From positions 64,001 to 128,000 of IMG/VR virus record IMGVR_UViG_3300025117_000031: a DNA stretch of 64,000 nucleotides. One strand, given 5' to 3'. Numbering within the stretch: position 1 is the stretch's first letter; each line of letters opens with the position of its first letter. The translations under genes were made by a program, and so were the position numbers. The DNA is from a virus. The notes under the pieces were generated by a model. That model was given only the letters and a program-made list of their open reading frames with translations. It did no database searches and was not told where the DNA came from. Below, one piece after another: positions 1 through 8,231 of the stretch.

Positions 1-486
1 AACAGCTTCCTCTGATACAACCTCCGTGATAGAAGATAAAAATTCTCCGGGCTCTGGGACATGTTCCAGATAATTTAAAATAACAAAACAATCATAATTA
101 TCTTCTAAAGGGTCTTCAAAAAAACCATCAACGTAGTTGTATTTTTTAAACCCAGCAGACTCGCAAACTTCTTTATTTAATCCTCGTCCTATGTCAAAGA
201 TGGAATCTTTAACTCCATACTTTTCTTTTATTTTCTTCAGTTGCTCAACTCTATATTTTTTGTTTTCTTCTGACAACATCCCAGAAGAAATCGCCTTGTC
301 CCAATAAGAAACCAATCTATAATGTCTTAGTTGAACGGTTTTGCATTCTTCGCATTGATAAACTTCTAACTCCACCTCACTTCCGGCCGAGCGTTCAGAC
401 AAATTTTGTACTTGAAGAGGCGAATTTTTAATTGTTAAAATTGGATTAGAAAAATTGTTAGTATAACATATTCCACAAAGCCACAT
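1..486 (-). CDS. Class I SAM-dependent methyltransferase with N-terminal Zn-binding motif (NDP-sugar methyltransferase-like); runs off the window edge
   Basis: Not in the ORF track; manual translation from ATG at 486 gives MWLCGIC...YQCEECKTVQL...IFDIGRG...YDCFVILNYLEHVPEP with no stop to base 1; CxxC pairs plus SAM-like DIG and LEH motifs. Confidence 0.75.
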   Translation of the reverse strand, partial: MWLCGICYTNNFSNPILTIKNSPLQVQNLSERSAGSEVELEVYQCEECKTVQLRHYRLVSYWDKAISSGMLSEENKKYRVEQLKKIKEKYGVKDSIFDIGRGLNKEVCESAGFKKYNYVDGFFEDPLEDNYDCFVILNYLEHVPEPGEFLSSITEVVSEEAV

Positions 487-494
487 CGTTTTTC

Positions 495-1325
495 CTAGTA
501 TTCAAATAAGCTTAAATCGAGCTTATTATATAGTTTGTAATAATCAATTAGCACCCAAATTCCAAAAGAAAGCGGAGCAAATTTAAACTGACCAAATTCT
601 TTCGTAAAGAGAGTATTGTCGCCACAATAAGAAGAAGGAACGCAAGCTTTTCGCTCTGTTGGAGAGGCTATTGGAACTCCTGTCATCAGAGATATCTCTT
701 TGGCGACATCTGCATAATACCACAGCTCTCCAGAACATAAATCATATGTTTTATTTTCTAATTTCGGCAACAACATTAAATCTACCATTTTACACAAATC
801 ATAGATATGAAGGAAGTCGGATACTCTATTTTCTGGGATTACAAGAGGCTGTCCTAACGCCGCTTTAGCGCACAAATTGTTTACTATTCTATATCTCCAA
901 TCAGCGCCAGGCCCATAAACACTATATATTCTTAAGTTAAAGATATTGTCGTATTTTTGGTTGATTAAACGATTCATTTCTCTCTTAGATTCTGCATAGT
1001 TATTGGCCACAAAAGTTTCAGCCCCAGACCCAAAATAAAACATTTTAGAAAAAAGATGATTGTTTTCTGCTAAATTATTGAACATCTGCATGTTGTTTAC
1101 ATACACTTTATTCGGATCGTTTTTTGAGAATCTTGGTGCAGCATCATAATTCGCACAGTGTATAACAACATCATAATCGCGATTTTTTAGTAAGTTTGTA
1201 ACTCTGTCTTTATTCAGAAGGTCTAAACTCAAATGATTAAAAGCATCTACTTCGTGTTTGTGTCTTAAATATCCATAAAGGGCGCCTCCAATAAATCCAC
1301 CCCCTCCTGTAATTAATATCTTCAT
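495..1325 (-). CDS. NAD-dependent epimerase/dehydratase (extended SDR)
   Basis: MKILITGGGGFIG Rossmann motif, YAESK (YxxxK), LRIYSVYGP, DFLHIYD. Confidence 0.9.
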   Translation of the reverse strand: MKILITGGGGFIGGALYGYLRHKHEVDAFNHLSLDLLNKDRVTNLLKNRDYDVVIHCANYDAAPRFSKNDPNKVYVNNMQMFNNLAENNHLFSKMFYFGSGAETFVANNYAESKREMNRLINQKYDNIFNLRIYSVYGPGADWRYRIVNNLCAKAALGQPLVIPENRVSDFLHIYDLCKMVDLMLLPKLENKTYDLCSGELWYYADVAKEISLMTGVPIASPTERKACVPSSYCGDNTLFTKEFGQFKFAPLSFGIWVLIDYYKLYNKLDLSLFEY

Positions 1326-3073
1326 TCCATTACCTTTTTCAGTTCATCTTCTGGAATTGATGGGTACAAATCTTCCATCGGCTTAGAAGCGAAAGAACCG
1401 TCTTCTAGTTGATAGGTCTGAGTTCGATGAATAACTTCTGTCTTCTTGGGAAGAAGAATCTCAATAATTTCTGGTTGTTGTAACTCAAAAATGTCCCTCC
1501 AAGGAATTCCATTTTCGAACAGATCAGAAGAAAAACATCTAGTTTTAATGCCAAAGCTTTGTGCAATTTTTTGTATCGAAGGCAGAGTTAAACCAGAACC
1601 ATAGTCTGACCCGACGTAAGTTCCTTTGAAGAATTTGTCTTGAGTGTTTCGTATAGAGCCATAGCCGTCGTTATTTAAAACAAAGATTTTAATAGGTAAA
1701 TTAAATCTTTTAATTACTTCAAGTTCCTGTACGTTCATTGGGAAACTTCCGTCTCCGTCGATGCAAATAACAGGTTTTTGCTGTCCAGCGAAATAAGCTC
1801 CTATTGCTTGAGGAATAGCAAATCCCATAGAACCAAGACCTGGGCTATTAATGATTCTTTGTTCTTTCTTTACTTTCCAAGTCTGAAGAGTTAATTCTGC
1901 AGCGGCACCGGAAGAACCAGGAACAATAATTGCGTCTTCTGGAGCATTATTCGTTAATCCAATAAGGAAGTCATAAATTGGAATTCCTTTTGACTCTTTT
2001 TCAAGAGAATATTTTTCCTTTATTTCTTTGGTCTTTGTTCTCCACGCAGAATGGTGTCTAGGAGGAAAAGTCTCATCTCCTATTTGGTGAGTAAAACAAA
2101 TATATTCGTTAACAAAATCTTCTGCAGACATATTAATTTTAAATCTTGTGCTATGTTTATTCAGTTCGTTGGGGTCTATATCAACAACAAATTTAACAGC
2201 TTTTGGAGCGAAATTATCTAAATTAAAAGCAGTTTGCCCACAATCTAATCTAGCTCCAATTGACAAAACAAAGTCGGCCTGCTGTTGAATGATGTTTGCT
2301 GCTCTTTGTCCAACCATTCCAGGACGACCAACAAAATAGTAGTTATCTTCATCAATTAAATCTGCTGCTCTCCAAGTTGTTAATACAGGGATTTTAAGGT
2401 TGTTAATGATTTGATATAAAACTTCTCTATTACAATCTTTTGCCCCTGCGCCGAGAAGAAGAATTGGTTTTTTTGATTTTTCAAAAGCATCGGTTATTTC
2501 TGTAAAATCGCACGAAATATAATATTTGTTTGTCTTAACTTCTTTAACCGTATCAACGAATTCAGAAGCCTGAACATCTAAGGGAATTTCAATCCAAACT
2601 GGTCCCTTCCGCCCAGTTGTTGCAATCTCTAATGCTTTATCCATTTCATAAACGATATCGTCTGGATTCATAACGGTAACAGCATATTTAGTTATGCTTT
2701 TAACAATTTCTGGTAGATTTAGTTCTTGAAATCCGCGTTGACGTACACCGGATTCCAACACCATATCTTTTCTTTGTACTTGACCAGAAATAATCATTAA
2801 TGGAACAGAATCTAACCAAGCAGAAGCAACCGCAGTAATTGCATTTGTTCCGCCTGGACCAGTTGTTACAATTGCTGCGCCCAAGTAGTTGTTGTATTGT
2901 GCATATGCTTCGGCCGCGATGGCTGCACCTTGTTCATGTAACATAGAAATATAACCAAGACCAGAATTATTTAAAGAATTCATCAAATGAATGCAGCCGC
3001 CACCTGCTAAAGTGAAAACAGTGCGTACACCATGAAAGTTTAAAAATTCAACAACATAATCAGAGACTTTCAT
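1322..3073 (-). CDS. Thiamine-diphosphate-dependent acetolactate-synthase-like enzyme (YerE-type, probable branched-chain sugar synthesis)
   Basis: HEQGAAIAAEAY, TTGPGGTNA, GSMGFAIPQAIG, ThDP motif GDGS...LNNDGY; start placed at ATG 3073 (ATGA overlap, GGAG upstream; ORF track extends to 3085). Confidence 0.88.
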   Translation of the reverse strand: MKVSDYVVEFLNFHGVRTVFTLAGGGCIHLMNSLNNSGLGYISMLHEQGAAIAAEAYAQYNNYLGAAIVTTGPGGTNAITAVASAWLDSVPLMIISGQVQRKDMVLESGVRQRGFQELNLPEIVKSITKYAVTVMNPDDIVYEMDKALEIATTGRKGPVWIEIPLDVQASEFVDTVKEVKTNKYYISCDFTEITDAFEKSKKPILLLGAGAKDCNREVLYQIINNLKIPVLTTWRAADLIDEDNYYFVGRPGMVGQRAANIIQQQADFVLSIGARLDCGQTAFNLDNFAPKAVKFVVDIDPNELNKHSTRFKINMSAEDFVNEYICFTHQIGDETFPPRHHSAWRTKTKEIKEKYSLEKESKGIPIYDFLIGLTNNAPEDAIIVPGSSGAAAELTLQTWKVKKEQRIINSPGLGSMGFAIPQAIGAYFAGQQKPVICIDGDGSFPMNVQELEVIKRFNLPIKIFVLNNDGYGSIRNTQDKFFKGTYVGSDYGSGLTLPSIQKIAQSFGIKTRCFSSDLFENGIPWRDIFELQQPEIIEILLPKKTEVIHRTQTYQLEDGSFASKPMEDLYPSIPEDELKKVME

Positions 3074-4572
3074 GCATTTCTCCAATATCCAATATAGGTT
3101 TTTCTATATTTATTGTTTTGAATATTATCTTGAGAATAATAAGAATCCTCTTTGATGTGAGTCGTGGACAATTCTTCTACAACGCAGCCTTTAGGTCCAG
3201 CGACAAACCAGTGCTTAGTATTCGGCTCAATAGTAATCATGTCGCCAACGGATAAACTGTGATTTACATTATCTAGATAAACTCGCAACTCGCCATATAA
3301 AACAAAGAAAGTTTCTTTTTTAACCTTATGAGTATGCTCAGGATGAAGCTGATTTGGTAAGCTTATTAAGTATTTTTTGCAGTATGTATCGTTAATTGCT
3401 GTAAGCATAGACAAACCGTAAGCTTCGAAATTCTCCATTCCGCCATGATGGGAAAGCTCTAGAGCTGCATCTGGAGGAACAACAATATGAGAAGCGAGAA
3501 CCAAATCTCTGATTTTTCTTACGGATGTAAGTATTTGTTCTCTTTCATCTTTATATTCTATATCAGAAAAAAGCAAAGGGGCATTTTTTAAAATAGTTCC
3601 TTTTGTAATTATAGAAGCATACTTTGACATGTCGTTTGCTAAAACTTGGTCTTCCATGTTGGGAAAAGCGTAAAAAACATCATTTCTTGTAATCTTATCC
3701 CCAGCTAAGACATCTCTTTTTAAATAAGCACCCCTCTTAAATGTTCTTAAATCTTTTTGTTCTTTTTCGGAATAAACTCGATTCTTAGAGCCTAAAGAAG
3801 TTTCTGTTTTTGCTGCATTGGTTAACCACCAAGCAATTTGCTGTGGAGTTGAAGAATAAGAATTTGGTAACGATACATATTCTGTTGGCAAAGCAACGTG
3901 TCTCTCGAAGATAGATGCTCCAAGCGCCATAGCAATTGATACAGGAAGAAGATTTTCTGGCTCTTCGTGTGTTGAAAATCCAATTCTTGTAGAATATCTT
4001 TTCTTTAATTCTGAAATTTGATTAAGCTGTAAATCGTTATTAGACGTTGGGTAAGAGCCAACACAATGCATAAGAGACAATTCTTTGCTTCTGTTGGAAA
4101 AGAATGTAAACACCTTATGAATATCTTCGTAGGAAGAGCCAGCCGTTGAAGCAACAATAGGAATGTTTTTTTCTGCTATTGTATTTAACAAAGGCCAATC
4201 TGTCAAAGAACAGCTCGCTATCTTGATATAATCAAACTTCATTTTTTCTATTATATCAACAGAGGCTTCATCAAAGGCGGTACAAATTGTTTTAAACCCG
4301 TGATTTTCTGCTCTTTCTTTCATGTTTCGGAAAGCAGCTTCGGGAAGAAAAGTTTCGTTAAATCTGTTAACATACTTAATATCATTACGGTTTTTATATT
4401 CTGGATGAATAAAAGTCTCAGGGTCTCTCATCTGAAACTTAAAGGCAAAATCAAATTGAGGAAACTGCTTTATGCAAAAAGCGAATGCATCTATTATATC
4501 ATAGCCGTGGCTTACAATGCCCTGATGGTTATTCGCCATTTCAAATATAAACAGTTTTCTTACATCTTCCAT
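3070..4572 (-). CDS. neuB: N-acetylneuraminate synthase family protein (NeuB/SpsE-like) with SAF domain and C-terminal cupin
   Basis: FIFEMANNHQG, KFQ, KIASC, MHCVGSYP, GFSTHE, FERH; C-terminal HPEHTHKVKKETF...KHWF cupin; ATG 4572 preceded by GGAG. Confidence 0.88.
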   Translation of the reverse strand: MEDVRKLFIFEMANNHQGIVSHGYDIIDAFAFCIKQFPQFDFAFKFQMRDPETFIHPEYKNRNDIKYVNRFNETFLPEAAFRNMKERAENHGFKTICTAFDEASVDIIEKMKFDYIKIASCSLTDWPLLNTIAEKNIPIVASTAGSSYEDIHKVFTFFSNRSKELSLMHCVGSYPTSNNDLQLNQISELKKRYSTRIGFSTHEEPENLLPVSIAMALGASIFERHVALPTEYVSLPNSYSSTPQQIAWWLTNAAKTETSLGSKNRVYSEKEQKDLRTFKRGAYLKRDVLAGDKITRNDVFYAFPNMEDQVLANDMSKYASIITKGTILKNAPLLFSDIEYKDEREQILTSVRKIRDLVLASHIVVPPDAALELSHHGGMENFEAYGLSMLTAINDTYCKKYLISLPNQLHPEHTHKVKKETFFVLYGELRVYLDNVNHSLSVGDMITIEPNTKHWFVAGPKGCVVEELSTTHIKEDSYYSQDNIQNNKYRKTYIGYWRNA

Positions 4573-5291
4573 TTTGTTCTCCAATAGTTTTGGATAATTG
4601 CATCGTAATTAATACCATATTTCCTAATTTTCCATGACGCTTGTTCTGGGTGCCATCTGTAAAAATAACCTAAAAAATCTTGGCAAGGATAAATAAAAAC
4701 ATTGTTATCTGTAAACTTCCCCCACATATCATAATCACCTGCCCCAACATCTTGTAATTTATTAAAATCGTGAGCTTCTCGATTAGTCATTAGCGGCCAA
4801 AGACTTTTGTGATATACAACAGTGGGATTATTCACTGGAGAGCCAATAAGGAATTTTCTTTTAAAGTCTTCTATGTTTTGATAAGAATGTATCATAAAAG
4901 AATGACCGCTACCCTCCACATTAACAGATTGCATTGGGCTTTGCAAACACTTTATAGAGGGGTTTTTATCCAAGAGAAAAGAAATATTTTCTATATATTC
5001 CGAACTAACATAATCATCCGAACTGACAAAAGTAATAAAATCTGTATCAGAATTTTCAAAGGAATAAATAAGGGCTTCCATATATCCGTTGGGGTATATG
5101 TTTGGCAGGCTCACTACTTCCAGCCTGGAGTCCTTTAAGGTTTTTAAATATTCGTAAGTTCCATCTGTACTTTCGTTGTCGGCAGCTAAGATTTTTAAGT
5201 TATCATACTCTTGAGCTAAGATCGACTCAACACATTGTTTTATCCACTTAATAGAGTTAAAACTTGGAATTACGGCTGTTATTGAGTTCAT
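4560..5291 (-). CDS. Glycosyltransferase family 2
   Basis: ITAVIPSFN, CVESILAQ, DNESTDGT, FVSSDD, DYDMW; ATG 5291 overlaps upstream stop. Confidence 0.88.
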   Translation of the reverse strand: MNSITAVIPSFNSIKWIKQCVESILAQEYDNLKILAADNESTDGTYEYLKTLKDSRLEVVSLPNIYPNGYMEALIYSFENSDTDFITFVSSDDYVSSEYIENISFLLDKNPSIKCLQSPMQSVNVEGSGHSFMIHSYQNIEDFKRKFLIGSPVNNPTVVYHKSLWPLMTNREAHDFNKLQDVGAGDYDMWGKFTDNNVFIYPCQDFLGYFYRWHPEQASWKIRKYGINYDAIIQNYWRTKWKM

Positions 5292-5581
5292 TTCCAATCC
5301 TTTACGTTAATCGCCTTATCGTCAATAAAAACATCGTAATAGGGTTTATTAAACTTTAGCTTCGTATACTTCACTCCCCAATATTTTAGTTGATTTTTTG
5401 TAACCTCTTGCCAGTTAATTCCCGTTAAAACTCCTCTAGATGTCCAAAAAACAATAGTGTTTCCTTCTTCGTACAGTTTGTTGACTTTTTTTATGTTTGT
5501 CTTTATCGGAGAGCTTTTGCTGTAGTCCCCGTTTTTGGGAGATTTGCATATTGTTTTGTCAATATCTATATAGATTATCAT
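5288..5581 (-). CDS. Small HAD-superfamily phosphatase (capsule-biosynthesis phosphatase-like)
   Basis: MIIYIDIDKTI (DxDxT), WTSRG, KP...FIDDKA. Confidence 0.85.
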   Translation of the reverse strand: MIIYIDIDKTICKSPKNGDYSKSSPIKTNIKKVNKLYEEGNTIVFWTSRGVLTGINWQEVTKNQLKYWGVKYTKLKFNKPYYDVFIDDKAINVKDWK

Positions 5582-6474
5582 AATGATAAAAACTTCTTTA
5601 CACGGCAAGTGTAAGTATGATTTTCTAGAACATTCTTTTTATTTTCTTGTTTGATTTCAAGCAGATTGGAGTCTGACATAAAACAATACTCTCTTGCATA
5701 GTCAATTAGCTGTTCCGTATTCCTAGAGGTTTTCACATCAGGGAAGAGACGTATAAGTTGTTTAATAGAATCACTTATCAATATTCCGTTAGCCCCAAGA
5801 GATTTAAAAGTTCTTTCATTTGTGTCAAATCCTAAAACTCTCTGATAAGCATCATGAACATTCAAAGCTACTTTGGAAGATTGTAATATGTAGTTTTCAT
5901 CATAGTTAGGAATATTTTGACCAATAAAAATACCACATCTAAGACCAGAGCTTTCAAATCTCTGCTTAACCTCTTTTAAAATATGCCTTTTTTCATCAAA
6001 GCCATTATTTGCCCATCCTCCAACAAAACAAACATCTAAATTATATTCTTCAACATCTAAACTTCGATAATTGATGTTATCAAAGGCTAGTGGAACTGTG
6101 TGTAATGGACTTCCCCAATTTCCATGGTAACTAAAATCGTCTCCGAAGCTCCATTTTACTAAATTTGGTAAATCTTTAATTTTATTAATTAAATCGACAG
6201 AGCAGGCAGAAATAAAATTAGGATGTCTTCCCCATGGCATATAAAAAGAAACAGGTTGTACAAAAAGAAAAGTCTTTCTGGAATTTTCTAAAGTACAAAT
6301 TGCAGATTCTTTCACATCTCCGTCTACAGCCATTAGATAATAATCTTTATCTTTTATGTCTTCGAGATTTTTGTATAAGCAAACCTCATAGCCCAAAGAT
6401 TTCCAAGCATTAGCATATCCTTCATAGATCCACAGTCCTGCACCAAGAGTAGGAACTTTAATATACACCTTCAT
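5578..6474 (-). CDS. CgeB/YkvP-like glycosyltransferase (GT-B)
   Basis: DVCFVGG, SKVALNVH, NERTF, LISD, C-terminal HTY..RV. Confidence 0.8.
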   Translation of the reverse strand: MKVYIKVPTLGAGLWIYEGYANAWKSLGYEVCLYKNLEDIKDKDYYLMAVDGDVKESAICTLENSRKTFLFVQPVSFYMPWGRHPNFISACSVDLINKIKDLPNLVKWSFGDDFSYHGNWGSPLHTVPLAFDNINYRSLDVEEYNLDVCFVGGWANNGFDEKRHILKEVKQRFESSGLRCGIFIGQNIPNYDENYILQSSKVALNVHDAYQRVLGFDTNERTFKSLGANGILISDSIKQLIRLFPDVKTSRNTEQLIDYAREYCFMSDSNLLEIKQENKKNVLENHTYTCRVKKFLSL

Positions 6475-7389
6475 TTAAATTCTTTCTATCTGTCTCAAGA
6501 GAGACTTTAATCGAATTGTCGATTCGTGTTCTTTCATAAACCGTTGTTGTCCTGCAGTAGATATTTCTTTTATAAGTGATGGATTTTTCCCAAGAAAACT
6601 GATTTTATCGAATAGTTCTTCTTCCGTCTTAAATGTAAGTATTTCCTTTTCCAAATCATAAAGTTCTTCCAATCCAGGAGTGTATTCTGTTAATAGCAAA
6701 CTGCCAACAGCCGGAACCTCCATCATTCGAAGTTTCATTTGAGTCTTTTTAAGCGGATCGTTTTCGTTTATAGAGAAATTCAATCCACAAGCTGAAGAAG
6801 AATAAAAAAACATCATATCTTCGTAAGTTGTTCCATATATAACATTGAAATTAATTGATTTTTCTTGTAATTTTCTAAAGAAATTATCTCGTTGCTGGTT
6901 GATGTGGCCACAAAACCCTAAGAATCTTTCTTTCTTACATCTAACGCTAAAATCTGAACTTGTGTGCCACAGTCCTAAAAGAATGTTGTCATAGCCTAAA
7001 TCTTTATATTTCTGCACATATGAAGGTTCTGGAGTAGAACAACAAGTAAATTTCCAGCATTGACGAGAAGAAAAAGAATCAAATCTCCAAGTATCGTCAC
7101 AAAACCAATTGAAGGTTTTTATTTTACCTTGTATTGTAATGAACTCAATGGTTTCTAATTGTTCATATGGAGTAACAGAAAGATCTCCAGTAATACAAGA
7201 AAAAATTAAGTCTGGTTTAAATTCATCAACAACCTTTTCTAAGCTTTTCTCTTCTGGGTCAACAGTATCATAAAAATACACTTCGTGACCAAGCTTCAAA
7301 AGAGGGATGTAAGTGCTATAATACCCTGAATCTAATCTAATTAGGTTTCCTCTTCTGAGATATTTATTCGTTGCTAACAATATCTTCAT
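6475..7389 (-). CDS. CgeB/YkvP-like glycosyltransferase (GT-B)
   Basis: NWFCDD.WR, GLNFS, QMKLRMMEVPAVGSLLLTE, EHESTIRL. Confidence 0.8.
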   Translation of the reverse strand: MKILLATNKYLRRGNLIRLDSGYYSTYIPLLKLGHEVYFYDTVDPEEKSLEKVVDEFKPDLIFSCITGDLSVTPYEQLETIEFITIQGKIKTFNWFCDDTWRFDSFSSRQCWKFTCCSTPEPSYVQKYKDLGYDNILLGLWHTSSDFSVRCKKERFLGFCGHINQQRDNFFRKLQEKSINFNVIYGTTYEDMMFFYSSSACGLNFSINENDPLKKTQMKLRMMEVPAVGSLLLTEYTPGLEELYDLEKEILTFKTEEELFDKISFLGKNPSLIKEISTAGQQRFMKEHESTIRLKSLLRQIERI

Positions 7390-8231
7390 TATAGTTCTTT
7401 CTTAAAAAGAGAAATCGCATATTCTTTTTTGTTCTTCATTTCTTGAATTATTTCTTCTGGTTGTTTTATGTACCAAGGTTCATAAATTGCGCCTATGTTT
7501 TCATTCAAGAAGGGAACAACTCCCAACATCTTCGCTTCAACAACGACTCTAGAAAGAGTTTCTGGAGTTTTAGGCAAAAACATTAAATATTTATTCCAAG
7601 AGATTCTGATAAGTAAGTCAGACCAAGCACAAGGCTTTATAAGAACAATAGGTTCTCCTTTATTCATGCACCTGTCAATTGCCTCGTTAGTGTTTTTGTG
7701 GGCAATAGGAGAAATTAAAATAGATGTCGCCTCTTTCTTTTTATGTATTGGAAACTGTTCGTTTAAACTCTCAATCACTTCGAAAGCGGCATCGTGCCAC
7801 AGATTTCCGCCCAACACAACAAAATTAGACAAATTTAAGTTTTTGTAGATAATGTTTCTTTGAAAAGTCGACTGGCATAGAACAAAAGCGGCGTTCTTAT
7901 AGAATTCTAAATTAATAATATCTTTTGCTGGAACTATGAAATCTTTGTAAAGAGCTGGGTTCCTACTTTGGAGGAACTTGTAATCATGTTCGATAATAAA
8001 GTATTTACAAGGAACATTAATTTTGTCTTCTTCTGTAAGAAGAGCGAAATTGCCAAAAATGATACGGTCATAAGGGGTAAGAGAAGATTTAATTCCCGAA
8101 TAGGAGGAGGATTTTATTTTCTCTACAGAATACCCTGAATTTCTCAGTTCCTCAATTAGAACATCATTCGAGGCTTCTCCGCCACCGGGGTATTCTTCAT
8201 AAAAAATATCTGCTACAAAATATATGTTCAT
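7389..8231 (-). CDS. Putative glycosyltransferase (GT-B)
   Basis: GGGE N-terminal motif, EHDYK, PETLSRVVVEAKMLG (E-x7-E). Confidence 0.7.
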   Translation of the reverse strand: MNIYFVADIFYEEYPGGGEASNDVLIEELRNSGYSVEKIKSSSYSGIKSSLTPYDRIIFGNFALLTEEDKINVPCKYFIIEHDYKFLQSRNPALYKDFIVPAKDIINLEFYKNAAFVLCQSTFQRNIIYKNLNLSNFVVLGGNLWHDAAFEVIESLNEQFPIHKKKEATSILISPIAHKNTNEAIDRCMNKGEPIVLIKPCAWSDLLIRISWNKYLMFLPKTPETLSRVVVEAKMLGVVPFLNENIGAIYEPWYIKQPEEIIQEMKNKKEYAISLFKKEL